From assembly GCA_964537215.1 (NCBI GenBank), contig CAZIBI010000006.1:55221-119220 (forward strand): DNA of 64,000 nucleotides, given 5' to 3'. The first letter of the stretch is position 1. Each line of letters starts with the position of its first letter. The position numbers were made by a program, and so were the translations under genes. This document shows, piece after piece, positions 8,741 to 17,364 of this stretch. A model generated the notes under the pieces. It had not been told where the DNA came from, searched no databases, and was given only the letters and a program-made list of their open reading frames with translations. This DNA comes from an uncultured Ignavibacteria bacterium (GTDB lineage: Bacteria > Zixibacteria > MSB-5A5 > CAIYYT01).

Positions 8741-10237
8741 ATGTCTGTTCCTGTCTTCTTACCGCGCATTCTGACAAATAAGCGCGTCGCCGCATTGGCA
8801 TTGCTCGCCGTTGCTCTCTTATTCTTTCCATCGACTTCGTTCTCCGCTACCACCATTACAATTCCAAGAACGCACAATACGCAGCTCGGTGATACTGTCC
8901 TAATGCCCGTTCAGCTCGATCGCAACGAGCCAGGGCCTGAATTTAGCTCATTCAAGTTACGAATACATTACACCGCATTTCTCGTCGACTTGATCTCTGT
9001 GGAGCCCGGCGATATGCTCTCTGGCTGCGGCTGGGAGCAATTCGAATACCAGCTCGGCTCGCTAAACGCCGACAGCATCGGTACAATCACCATCTCCGCT
9101 GTCGCCAACGTCGCAGGCATTCCCGGCGCGCCCAGCTGCTATCTTGGCCCCGCACTCGGATCAATTGTCAATCTCAAGTTCCATGTCCCCAATGACGAAT
9201 CAAACGAGTGCCAGACTGCATTTGTTAATTTCTATTGGCTCAACTGCAACGATAACGCCTTTGCCACGATAGCCGGTGATTCACTATATGTCGCAGGCGA
9301 CGTCTATGAGTGGGACTGGATACTGCCTGTGCCGGCTGCACTCTCAACTTACGCCGGGCTGCCCAACTCCTGCCTGTCCGGCCCCATCGACGGCAGGACT
9401 CCGCACCGGGCAATTACCTACAAACAAGGATTCATCGACATTACTTGCGGGCCTGATCCCACTGCTCATGGCGACCTCAATTTGAACGGAATCGGATACG
9501 AAATTGCCGATGCGGTTCTTTATGTTGAATACTTTCTGAACGGACCGTCCGTATTTAGCTCCGATCCTATCATTCGCGCCAACCAAATAATCGCCAGCGA
9601 TGCGAACGCTGATGTCGAGACTCTTACCTTCCGCGACTTGACTTATCTCCTGCGTGTGATTGTCGGAGACGCTCTCCCATTTCCCAAACCGTCCGCTTCC
9701 GAGTCTCTTGAAGCAACATTCACGCAAGACTTTGCTGCCAAGACGATCACTGTGACTTTCGCTGGGGACCTCTCCGGAGCATATTTTGAGTTTACCGGCG
9801 ACATTGTTCCAACATTCAATCCGGCGGCCCCTTCGGGCTTTGCACGTTACTATGCATTTGACGGTGTGAAGACGCATGTGATAAGCGTGTCGGAAACTCC
9901 AAACCCGACGCCTGGCCCGCTCTGGTTCTCCTACACAGGCGATGGCGTTCTTTCTTTCGTAGGAACGGCCGACTACCATGACAACCTAATCATTGCCAAC
10001 GTAGTTTATCTGAACCCGCCGTCCGCAGAGTGCGGTGATGTCAACTATGACCAGATGACTAACATCAGCGACGCGGTTTACCTAATCAGCTATATCTTCG
10101 TCGGTGGCCCGCCCCCGGTGGATTTGGCCGACGGCGATGTCGACTGTAATGGCTTAGTGACCGTCTCCGATGCCGTCTTCCTGATCAACTACATCTTCGC
10201 CGGCGGAAGCGCGCCCTGCGCAAACTGCCCGCAATAA
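8741..10237 (+). CDS. Secreted cohesin-like + two dockerin-like domain protein (paralogue of 5502..7001)
   Basis: Same architecture as the first paralogue, with shared GDxNLN...YE(V/I)ADA, FRDL.YLLR.I.GDALPFPK and C-terminal ISDAV dockerin. RBS GGAGG. Confidence 0.82.
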   Translation: MSVPVFLPRILTNKRVAALALLAVALLFFPSTSFSATTITIPRTHNTQLGDTVLMPVQLDRNEPGPEFSSFKLRIHYTAFLVDLISVEPGDMLSGCGWEQFEYQLGSLNADSIGTITISAVANVAGIPGAPSCYLGPALGSIVNLKFHVPNDESNECQTAFVNFYWLNCNDNAFATIAGDSLYVAGDVYEWDWILPVPAALSTYAGLPNSCLSGPIDGRTPHRAITYKQGFIDITCGPDPTAHGDLNLNGIGYEIADAVLYVEYFLNGPSVFSSDPIIRANQIIASDANADVETLTFRDLTYLLRVIVGDALPFPKPSASESLEATFTQDFAAKTITVTFAGDLSGAYFEFTGDIVPTFNPAAPSGFARYYAFDGVKTHVISVSETPNPTPGPLWFSYTGDGVLSFVGTADYHDNLIIANVVYLNPPSAECGDVNYDQMTNISDAVYLISYIFVGGPPPVDLADGDVDCNGLVTVSDAVFLINYIFAGGSAPCANCPQ

Positions 10238-10248
10238 TCTCGCTCGCA

Positions 10249-10282
10249 AATTCAGTCCGGAGGAGATCCTCCGGACTGAATT
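10249..10282. terminator. Perfect 15-bp hairpin after the cohesin-dockerin gene
   Basis: aattcagtccggagg-agat-cctccggactgaatt, 11 nt after the stop. The U-tract is weak. Confidence 0.55.
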
Positions 10283-10462
10283 CGCTTCTTCAACCATCAC
10301 TGACATTTTAGTCACTTCCCGGCAACCCTCTACTGCATTGCAACCGAAGAGCTTATGTTTTTGTGTTGGCATTGTCGATACACTTAGTATATATTTAGTC
10401 AACCTAATCAGAATCTAACATCCTTAACAGTATAGCCCACATTCAATGTGGAGGAGTGCTCT

Positions 10463-12427
10463 ATGCGCCGCATAACTATTGGGGCCGGTCTATTCGCAGC
10501 TATCTTGCTCGTCGCTGTAACTACGGCTTTTGCTGTGGTTCCCAGCAAAGTCTCGGTCCAGGGCCGCTTGACAGATTCGGCCGGCTCTCCCGTGCCCGAC
10601 GGCAGCTACATGATTACTTTCACCTTGTGGGACGCCCCAATTGGCGGCGCAATGGTGGCGAGTGAAATCCAAAACGTGACCGTGACCGACGGTTTGTTTT
10701 CTGCCAACCTTGAATACGACGGCGAAAAGTTCGCCGGCGGCTCGTCGCGCTATCTCCAGTATCAGATTCAGGGTGACCCGCCGATAACCCCGCGCGTTCT
10801 CATGACCTCTTCCCCTTACTCGTTGATTAGCTCTCGAGTCAGCGGCGATATCGAGACCTCCGCGGGCGAGCTAAAACTAAGACGTGGCTCGGTATCGGCG
10901 TCGAATTTTCGTATCGTCGGCGATGACGACGGCGATCTCTTCAACGTGGAAGCAAAACCCGACAGCACCAAAATTAGAATCATTCGTCATTCCTCCGGCG
11001 ACCCGGACTTTGACCTGCTCCGCATTGTTGGCGGATCTTCAAACAGCGGCGGTACACAAGCCGACGGCGCAATGATCGCCATCACCGGCGATCCCGACTT
11101 TGATTTGCTTCGCGTCACTGCCGGCAAAGACAGTGCCAAAATTCGCATCAGCGCCCAAAGCAGCGGCGACCCCGACTTTGACTTATTGCGCATCAGCGGT
11201 GGCGGCGGCCCCAGTTCCGGCGGCGCCGAGATGTCGATGGGCGGCGACCCCGACTTTGATTTGCTGCGCGTCTCCGCGGACAAAGATAGCGCCAAGATTC
11301 GCATCAGCGGCCAGAGCAGCGGCGACCCCGATTTTGACCTCTTGCGTATCGTCGGTGGAGTCGGATCCAGTTCGAGCGGTGCGAGTATGACAATCACCGG
11401 CGATCCCGATTTCGATCTCTTGAGAATCAGCGCCGATGCCGACAGTGCCAAGATCCGCATGAGCGGGCAAATTTCCGGCGACCCGGACTTTGATCTGCTT
11501 CGCATCGTCGGCGGATCGGGATCATCTCATCTCTCCATGCAGAGCGAACCCAGCGGCGCAGCCTCGATTTCGCATGCGATGGATGTCTCATGCGATAACA
11601 ACGGCGCCGATCTTCGGTTGCGTGTCGTTCCGAGTGCGCAAACAGTCGGCACTACGCATATGCACGTCGACGATCATAGCGCGTCATTGAGAGTAGCCAC
11701 TGGCGATGTCACCGGCGATGGCATCGAACTTAGCGCAGACAACACAGGTAAATATCTCGTTGTCGGATCGACCCACTATCTCGACGGGACACGTTCCAGC
11801 GACGACGAGGTCGTCAAGACCTTTAGTTGGAAGCAACTCGGCGGGCCGCCTGTGACCCGGATGCAAATGCGCGCCGATAGCCTCGGTAGTTCAACGATGT
11901 GTCGAGGTCTGCGCGGCTATGACGTAATTTTGTTATCTGACCAAAACGGCGCCAAGATGCAGCTGGAAGACTCCGCTAACAACGTCATGATGGAAATGCT
12001 CGGCGAAGGCCGTCTCGGTGTCGGCAAACCGGCTGATAATGTCAAACGTATTGATGTCCTCGGCGGCGCATTTTGCAACGGCACAAACTGGGTCAACGCG
12101 TCTGATGTCAATTCCAAAGAGAATTTCCGGCCCATCGACGCGCAGGAACTTCTCAATAAGTTGGCCCAGCTCGAGATTACCGAGTGGAACTACCGCGGCG
12201 AGGGCGAAAACGCTCGCCACATCGGTCCGACCGCGCAGGATTTCTACAAGCTATTTGGAATTGGAAATGACGACAAGTCGATATCGACCATTGATCCTGC
12301 CGGCATTTCACTGGTCGCAATCAAAGAGCTGTACAAGAAGAGCAAGGAAGTCGACCAACTCAAGCAGCAAGTCGACGATTTGTCAAAGCAGTTACTCGAG
12401 ATTCGCGAGCAGTTGAAGCACAAGTAA
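10463..12427 (+). CDS. Secreted fibre protein with C-terminal peptidase S74 intramolecular chaperone domain
   Basis: Signal peptide, N-terminal QGRLTD..PVPDG module, internal GDPDFDLLR repeats, C-terminal SDVNSKEN...HIGPTAQDF and a terminal coiled coil. RBS GGAGGAG before ATG 10463. Confidence 0.8.
   Translation: MRRITIGAGLFAAILLVAVTTAFAVVPSKVSVQGRLTDSAGSPVPDGSYMITFTLWDAPIGGAMVASEIQNVTVTDGLFSANLEYDGEKFAGGSSRYLQYQIQGDPPITPRVLMTSSPYSLISSRVSGDIETSAGELKLRRGSVSASNFRIVGDDDGDLFNVEAKPDSTKIRIIRHSSGDPDFDLLRIVGGSSNSGGTQADGAMIAITGDPDFDLLRVTAGKDSAKIRISAQSSGDPDFDLLRISGGGGPSSGGAEMSMGGDPDFDLLRVSADKDSAKIRISGQSSGDPDFDLLRIVGGVGSSSSGASMTITGDPDFDLLRISADADSAKIRMSGQISGDPDFDLLRIVGGSGSSHLSMQSEPSGAASISHAMDVSCDNNGADLRLRVVPSAQTVGTTHMHVDDHSASLRVATGDVTGDGIELSADNTGKYLVVGSTHYLDGTRSSDDEVVKTFSWKQLGGPPVTRMQMRADSLGSSTMCRGLRGYDVILLSDQNGAKMQLEDSANNVMMEMLGEGRLGVGKPADNVKRIDVLGGAFCNGTNWVNASDVNSKENFRPIDAQELLNKLAQLEITEWNYRGEGENARHIGPTAQDFYKLFGIGNDDKSISTIDPAGISLVAIKELYKKSKEVDQLKQQVDDLSKQLLEIREQLKHK
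10919..11554 (+). repeat. Intragenic tandem repeat with 78-nt (26-aa) period; 7 GDPDFDLLR copies plus 1 degenerate
   Basis: Motif starts at 10919 (degenerate), 10997, 11087, 11165, 11243, 11321, 11399 and 11477. Spacing is 78 nt except one of 90 nt. The end coordinate is approximate. Confidence 0.9.
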
Positions 12428-12432
12428 ACGAC

Positions 12433-12462
12433 CCGGCACTTGGTGACACGTTACCAGGTGCC
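12433..12462. terminator. Hairpin between convergent S74 and META genes
   Basis: cggcacttggtgac / gttaccaggtgccg imperfect stem overlapping the META stop. Boundaries approximate. Confidence 0.4.
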
Positions 12463-12993
12463 GTCGTCCGACGCTACAAAACTCGCTACCAGTTCCGCAC
12501 CGGTGGACAATTCGAGCGTGTTTCCGGTAATTGTGTAGTTGGTCACCCGTGCCAACGCCGCGATGATCTCGCTTTCGAGTTCCATCATGCCGTCGCAGTA
12601 CATTCGGGTTGCACCAATCTGTCCGAAGCGAAGTGTACCGTCCTCGATTTCGTAGCTGCTCATGATATTGTTGCAGCCTGTAAATCCGACCAGCCGCCTC
12701 CCTTCCGGAATCATCCGGATACTCATCGGCCGCGCCGCCGGGTCAATCAACAGTGGCTGCCCGTTTACGCCGGTCAGCAGCCACGTCGTCTCCTCTAAAG
12801 CATAGAGCGGTGTAAATCCCTGGCCGCTTTGGCTGGGTTCATACAGCACATCCTCGCCCGTTTCGACCGAATCACTCGCGACTGCAACCGGCTCGCTCGA
12901 ACCCTGCGACACCGTGCGCGTGTAACCGCCGCAACCGCTGATGATCGCCGTCAGCGTCATGTATGCAAACCATCGAATCATCAATTTCATCAT
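12451..12993 (-). CDS. META domain lipoprotein
   Basis: Lipobox ISGC and META pattern GFTGCNNIMSSY...GATRMYC. Confidence 0.85.
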   Translation of the reverse strand: MMKLMIRWFAYMTLTAIISGCGGYTRTVSQGSSEPVAVASDSVETGEDVLYEPSQSGQGFTPLYALEETTWLLTGVNGQPLLIDPAARPMSIRMIPEGRRLVGFTGCNNIMSSYEIEDGTLRFGQIGATRMYCDGMMELESEIIAALARVTNYTITGNTLELSTGAELVASFVASDDGTW

Positions 12994-13142
12994 TTGCCTC
13001 CAGCTACTGTTACATGTAACATACGTCGTCGCTCCTCGACAAGCAAGCGTCGCTGCTAATTGGACACGTCGCTGCGGCTGAAACCTTCGCTGTTGCCGCG
13101 CGTATTAGTAAGCTGTTACATAATTTTTGAAAGGACATTCCC

Positions 13143-14189
13143 ATGCATACAAGCTCCCGGTTTTACCGCCGGACCATTCCGGCCGCCCTATTGCTGTCGC
13201 TCGGCGCTTTTGGTTCTCTGCTGGCGCAGGAAGACACCACCATCACTGCCACCGAGCAGATCACTCTTGACGCGACCGCCATGATGCCGCTCGTCAAATC
13301 CGACTTCGCCAAACAGTTCCTTCTCTCGATGACCGAATTGCCCAAGATCGAAGGCAAACGCTTGGTTTATCGCAACCGCCAAACCCGCGAGGCTATGACT
13401 GCCGCCGAGTTCAAAGCCTCCGGCCTCGATACAACGTCCGGTTTTACGCCGCGCGAATATGGCGAGGATTTCTACTACTTCACCGGCTACGGCACTCCCG
13501 TTGCCGTAGTACGAGCTTACGATCTCATCGGTCAAGCCGGATTCAAATCCGCCGATGGCGCTAAGATCATCGACTTCGGCTTCGGCTCAATCGGCCAACT
13601 GCGTGGACTCGCTTCGCTCGGCGCCGATGTCACCGGCATTGAAGTCGAACCTGCGTTCCGAGCCCTCTACTCCGAGCCCACCGACACCGGTAAAATTGCT
13701 CGCGGCAAGACCGGCGGCAAAGGCGCAGCCGGACATCTCCGCGCGCTCTACGGATTCTTCCCCACCGACTCCTTGATCAACAAACAACTCGGCAGCGGTT
13801 ACGATCTCTTCTTTTCGAAGAATACGCTCAAGAACGGCTACGTTCATCCCGAGCGCGAGGTCGATCCCAAAATGCTCGTACATCTCGGCGTCGATGATTC
13901 AACTTATGTGAAGCGCGTGTATGACCTGCTCAAACCCGGCGGCTTCTTTATGATCTACAACCTGCATCCGAAATACACCGGCCCGGAAGTCGAAAAATAC
14001 ATCCCCTGGTCCGATGGCCGCTCTCCCTTTAAGAAGGACCTATTTGAAAAGATCGGGTTTGAAGTCATCGCGTTCGATGTCGTCGACACGCCGTTCGCCC
14101 ACACAATGGCAAAGGCCCTCGGTTGGGACAAAGACATGGATCTCGAAAACGATTTGTTCGGAATGTACACTCTGGCGCGGAAGAAATAA
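13143..14189 (+). CDS. Signal-peptide-bearing protein with class I SAM-methyltransferase-like motifs
   Basis: IIDFGFGS (motif I), VTGIEVE (motif II), YDLFFSKN and VYDLLKPGGFF. N-terminal Sec-like signal ending SLLA-Q. Confidence 0.6.
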   Translation: MHTSSRFYRRTIPAALLLSLGAFGSLLAQEDTTITATEQITLDATAMMPLVKSDFAKQFLLSMTELPKIEGKRLVYRNRQTREAMTAAEFKASGLDTTSGFTPREYGEDFYYFTGYGTPVAVVRAYDLIGQAGFKSADGAKIIDFGFGSIGQLRGLASLGADVTGIEVEPAFRALYSEPTDTGKIARGKTGGKGAAGHLRALYGFFPTDSLINKQLGSGYDLFFSKNTLKNGYVHPEREVDPKMLVHLGVDDSTYVKRVYDLLKPGGFFMIYNLHPKYTGPEVEKYIPWSDGRSPFKKDLFEKIGFEVIAFDVVDTPFAHTMAKALGWDKDMDLENDLFGMYTLARKK

Positions 14190-14195
14190 GCAGCC

Positions 14196-17069
14196 CTACT
14201 CGACTGACCCGAGATACCGATCCAGCCACGCGAGCGTTTCTTTGATATGCTCCGCCCGCGGCACGGAATGGCCAAGCGGGAAAGTAATGCGCTTCTTGTG
14301 TTCAGCCGGTGTTCCCAGCAAGTCGAACATCGGTTTTTGCGAAGTCTCGACCGGAAAGTAGAAATCGTGTTCGCCGTTGAGCATTAGCGTCGGTTGCGTC
14401 ACTCGCGACACGTAGTTAAGTTGGTCCGCTTCCGGCAACGCGCGCTGGAAAGTCAAACCCGCGACATACAGCACGACGGCTTTGATTCTCTTCTCCACGG
14501 CCGGCATGATCGCGCCCATCGCGCCGCCCCAACTTACTCCGTAATATGCAATCTTGTCCGCATCAATATCCGCGCGCGTTTCGAGATAATCGATCGACCG
14601 CCCGAGATCCTTGCCCCACATCAATACATGGTCGCGGTAGAACGCCGTTTCTTCGGGATAGTCCGATTTTAGGTCGTCGCCGCGCTGGTAAGTGCCTTTG
14701 TAGATCGGCAGCAGCAGTGCCCGTCCACTCTTGAGAATAAAATCGGTGCGCCGCAACTCCATCGAGCCGACTGCCGCCGCGTGAATCGCGAGCGACCCGG
14801 GAAAAAGAACCACCGTCTGCAGCGGCCGGCGACACTTTGGCGGCAAATAAAGATAGGCAATCATCTGCTCGCCGCCGTAAGCTGCGGCAAATCGAATCGT
14901 CTGCCGAATCCCGTAATGCGCCTGTTCTTCGGTTTCGATTACGGCATTCAATGGCGTGCGGTCGTAATGGAACTGACGTAAAAAGAAACTGAAGATTTCA
15001 TCCGAAACGGGCGTCTCCTTTCGGAAATCGCGGAACGGCAGTTCAATACTGCGATGCAAGTTTGCGCTGTTCGGTTCCTCGCCCAGTGTTTTGATGCAGC
15101 GGAATCCATTTGTCCCCGAACGGTCGAACGCCGACTGCGCGTACGCATCCGTAAACGCATACTCAGGATCATTGTAGCCGCCGCCAAGAATAAACCGCTC
15201 GCCGCGTCGGTTGCATTCATTCCACGCCCACTCGCGCACATTGCCGGCCAGATCATGTATACCGAATCTGTTCATGCTCGCCGTTTTTCCGATCGGAAAA
15301 ATTTCCTTACCGCCAAAATTTGCCGCAGGGATTATCGCCGAACTCGCCACCGTAAATGCCGCCCAATTCCAATGGTAAATCGTCGGCAACTGTTTGCCCA
15401 CCCAGGCTGCATAAGCCGCCGCCTCAAACCAGCTAACGCCCGTCACCGGCTTCTCGTCGTCGCCGTGCGGATATTCACCCATCTCCCAACCTGCCGGTCC
15501 CGGTTGTCCGAGCGTGTCGACGAATCGCGCCATCGCGGCGCTGCGATCAAGTTCACCGTCGCTGGTGATAAACGGATTCTGCCAGTACTGAGGATACGTG
15601 TACCCGCCCGCATCGACAAACGCTTTGTACATTCGATTAGTGACCGGATTCCGGTCCATCAAGTATGCCGCCGTCGACTCTGCTCCCAGATGATCCAGCC
15701 CAGGCATGAACAGCGGGAATTTTCCTGCCGGGATACGCTCCATGTCTTCCGGAATTGTGCCCTGCTCACTTAGTTCATAATGCCAAAGCGGCACACTCGG
15801 GTCGGTTGCGCCCAATGATCCGGCTTCGAAGAGCCAAAGCAAGTCGTTCATCGTGCGGTAGCCCGGCGATTCCATCCGCAAATGTGTGACTCCGCGCGGG
15901 TAGCGTAAATCGGTCAATGGTGTCTTGCCTAGATATATTGGCCCGCCTGCCTTGCTGTAATGCTGCACGTACACATCCGCCCCCGGTACACTCGATGTAA
16001 TAGAAATCCGCCGCGCAAACTCCGGCCACAACTGCTCCAATTTTGCATCACACGGATCAAACCTCTCAATCTGCCGTGCCAATTCAAATGCCTGCCACGC
16101 TTCCGGACCTTCATCGAGCGCTTGAATTCTCTCAATCGTCCGCATCAATTCCGGCAATGCTTCGTCGCGAACCCAATTTGAGAGCCGGTTCAGTTCCGCT
16201 CCAAGTTCAGCCACCGTCTGATATCGCCCATCAGGATTCTGCTTCAAGCAGCGTCTGATAACTTTCGCCAGCGGTGCCGGTGCTGCCGCTTCCAAGTCAG
16301 CCGTCTTTTCGGGTCCCGCATGCAAAATGAGACTCATTACTGCCGCACTGCTCGGACCGTCGAACAACCGTCTTCCCGTCGCCATTTCAAACAGCACGCA
16401 GCCAAGCGCGAAAATGTCGGTCCGCGCATCAATCTCTTTGCCTTCTAACTGTTCCGGCGACATGTACTGGATCGTTCCGACAATCGCCCCCAACGTCGTC
16501 AGCGGCATCGCCGCAGTCTTTGACTGATCCGGCAGCACTTGTTTGTCGGTGATCCCGGCCGGACGCGCCAACCCGAAATCCAGAAGCTTGATCCCCGAAT
16601 CGGCAATCATCACATTGCCCGGTTTCAGATCGCGATGAATGATTCCCGCCTCATGGGCGCGTTCCAACGCTTCCGTTATCTCGCGGCCGATTGTCAGCAG
16701 TTGCTTGACGGAAAGCGGCCCACGTGCCAATAGCGCGCCAAGAGTCTCCCCTTCAATGAATTCCAGTACCAGAAAATTAACGCCGTTCTCGACTCCGACA
16801 TCATGAAGCGTGCAAATATTCGGGTGATTGAGCTGTGAAATCGTGCGCGCTTCCCGTTCAAATCGCGCCCGCACATCGCTGGACGCCGACATATGCGACG
16901 GCAACACCTTGATTGCAACATCGCGCCCGAGGCGCGAATCCACAGCGCGATACACTTCGCCCATTCCGCCGGAGCCGATCTTGGCGACAATCTGGTAATG
17001 TCCGAAGGTCGTTCCCGGAGCCAAATGGACAACGCCTTTGCTCGTCTGATCGAATTGTTCTTCGCTCAA
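14196..17069 (-). CDS. Ser/Thr protein kinase fused to PEGA-like, FGE/SUMF1-like and alpha/beta-hydrolase domains
   Basis: Kinase GSGGMGEVY, HRDLKPGN, DFG. FGE-like PVTGVSWFEAAAYA, DLAGNVREW, GFRC. Hydrolase GVSWG, NGEHD, GHS. TTG start. Confidence 0.88.
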   Translation of the reverse strand: MSEEQFDQTSKGVVHLAPGTTFGHYQIVAKIGSGGMGEVYRAVDSRLGRDVAIKVLPSHMSASSDVRARFEREARTISQLNHPNICTLHDVGVENGVNFLVLEFIEGETLGALLARGPLSVKQLLTIGREITEALERAHEAGIIHRDLKPGNVMIADSGIKLLDFGLARPAGITDKQVLPDQSKTAAMPLTTLGAIVGTIQYMSPEQLEGKEIDARTDIFALGCVLFEMATGRRLFDGPSSAAVMSLILHAGPEKTADLEAAAPAPLAKVIRRCLKQNPDGRYQTVAELGAELNRLSNWVRDEALPELMRTIERIQALDEGPEAWQAFELARQIERFDPCDAKLEQLWPEFARRISITSSVPGADVYVQHYSKAGGPIYLGKTPLTDLRYPRGVTHLRMESPGYRTMNDLLWLFEAGSLGATDPSVPLWHYELSEQGTIPEDMERIPAGKFPLFMPGLDHLGAESTAAYLMDRNPVTNRMYKAFVDAGGYTYPQYWQNPFITSDGELDRSAAMARFVDTLGQPGPAGWEMGEYPHGDDEKPVTGVSWFEAAAYAAWVGKQLPTIYHWNWAAFTVASSAIIPAANFGGKEIFPIGKTASMNRFGIHDLAGNVREWAWNECNRRGERFILGGGYNDPEYAFTDAYAQSAFDRSGTNGFRCIKTLGEEPNSANLHRSIELPFRDFRKETPVSDEIFSFFLRQFHYDRTPLNAVIETEEQAHYGIRQTIRFAAAYGGEQMIAYLYLPPKCRRPLQTVVLFPGSLAIHAAAVGSMELRRTDFILKSGRALLLPIYKGTYQRGDDLKSDYPEETAFYRDHVLMWGKDLGRSIDYLETRADIDADKIAYYGVSWGGAMGAIMPAVEKRIKAVVLYVAGLTFQRALPEADQLNYVSRVTQPTLMLNGEHDFYFPVETSQKPMFDLLGTPAEHKKRITFPLGHSVPRAEHIKETLAWLDRYLGSVE

Positions 17070-17364
17070 TCTCTGTTTGCCTCAATTATCGATTTCAAGG
17101 GTTGATTCAATCTATCTTCTGGAATATAACGAAGCCGGCTCAATACAGCAGTAAGAAATTCGCTGAAATACCTAACCTAACATCACCAAATATCAGACAA
17201 TTCTTGGTTGATTTCCTCCAAAATTGCACCGCTCGACAATTAGCTTTTTATTGGATATTGTGGCTCGTCAAAGTATACTTTGCGCGTCCACGACTCAACC
17301 CTAGTTTAGCACTGGTTTCCGCAGTCAATTCGTTGTGACCGCAAGCTATGCATATGGAGCAGCA

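Noticed and set aside
5502-10237. A true cellulosome
   Set aside because: No glycoside hydrolase, CBM, multi-cohesin scaffoldin or SLH domain is present in the window.
10919-11554. Regularly spaced repeats resembling a CRISPR array
   Set aside because: The repeats are in-frame, vary at synonymous positions and have related spacers. No cas genes are present.
10463-12427. Prophage remnant suggested by the S74 tail-fibre domain
   Set aside because: The gene has a signal peptide and host-like GC, and no other phage genes are nearby.
13020-13080. Short cgtcgct direct repeats in the META/methyltransferase intergenic region
   Set aside because: They are too short and GC-rich to distinguish from chance.
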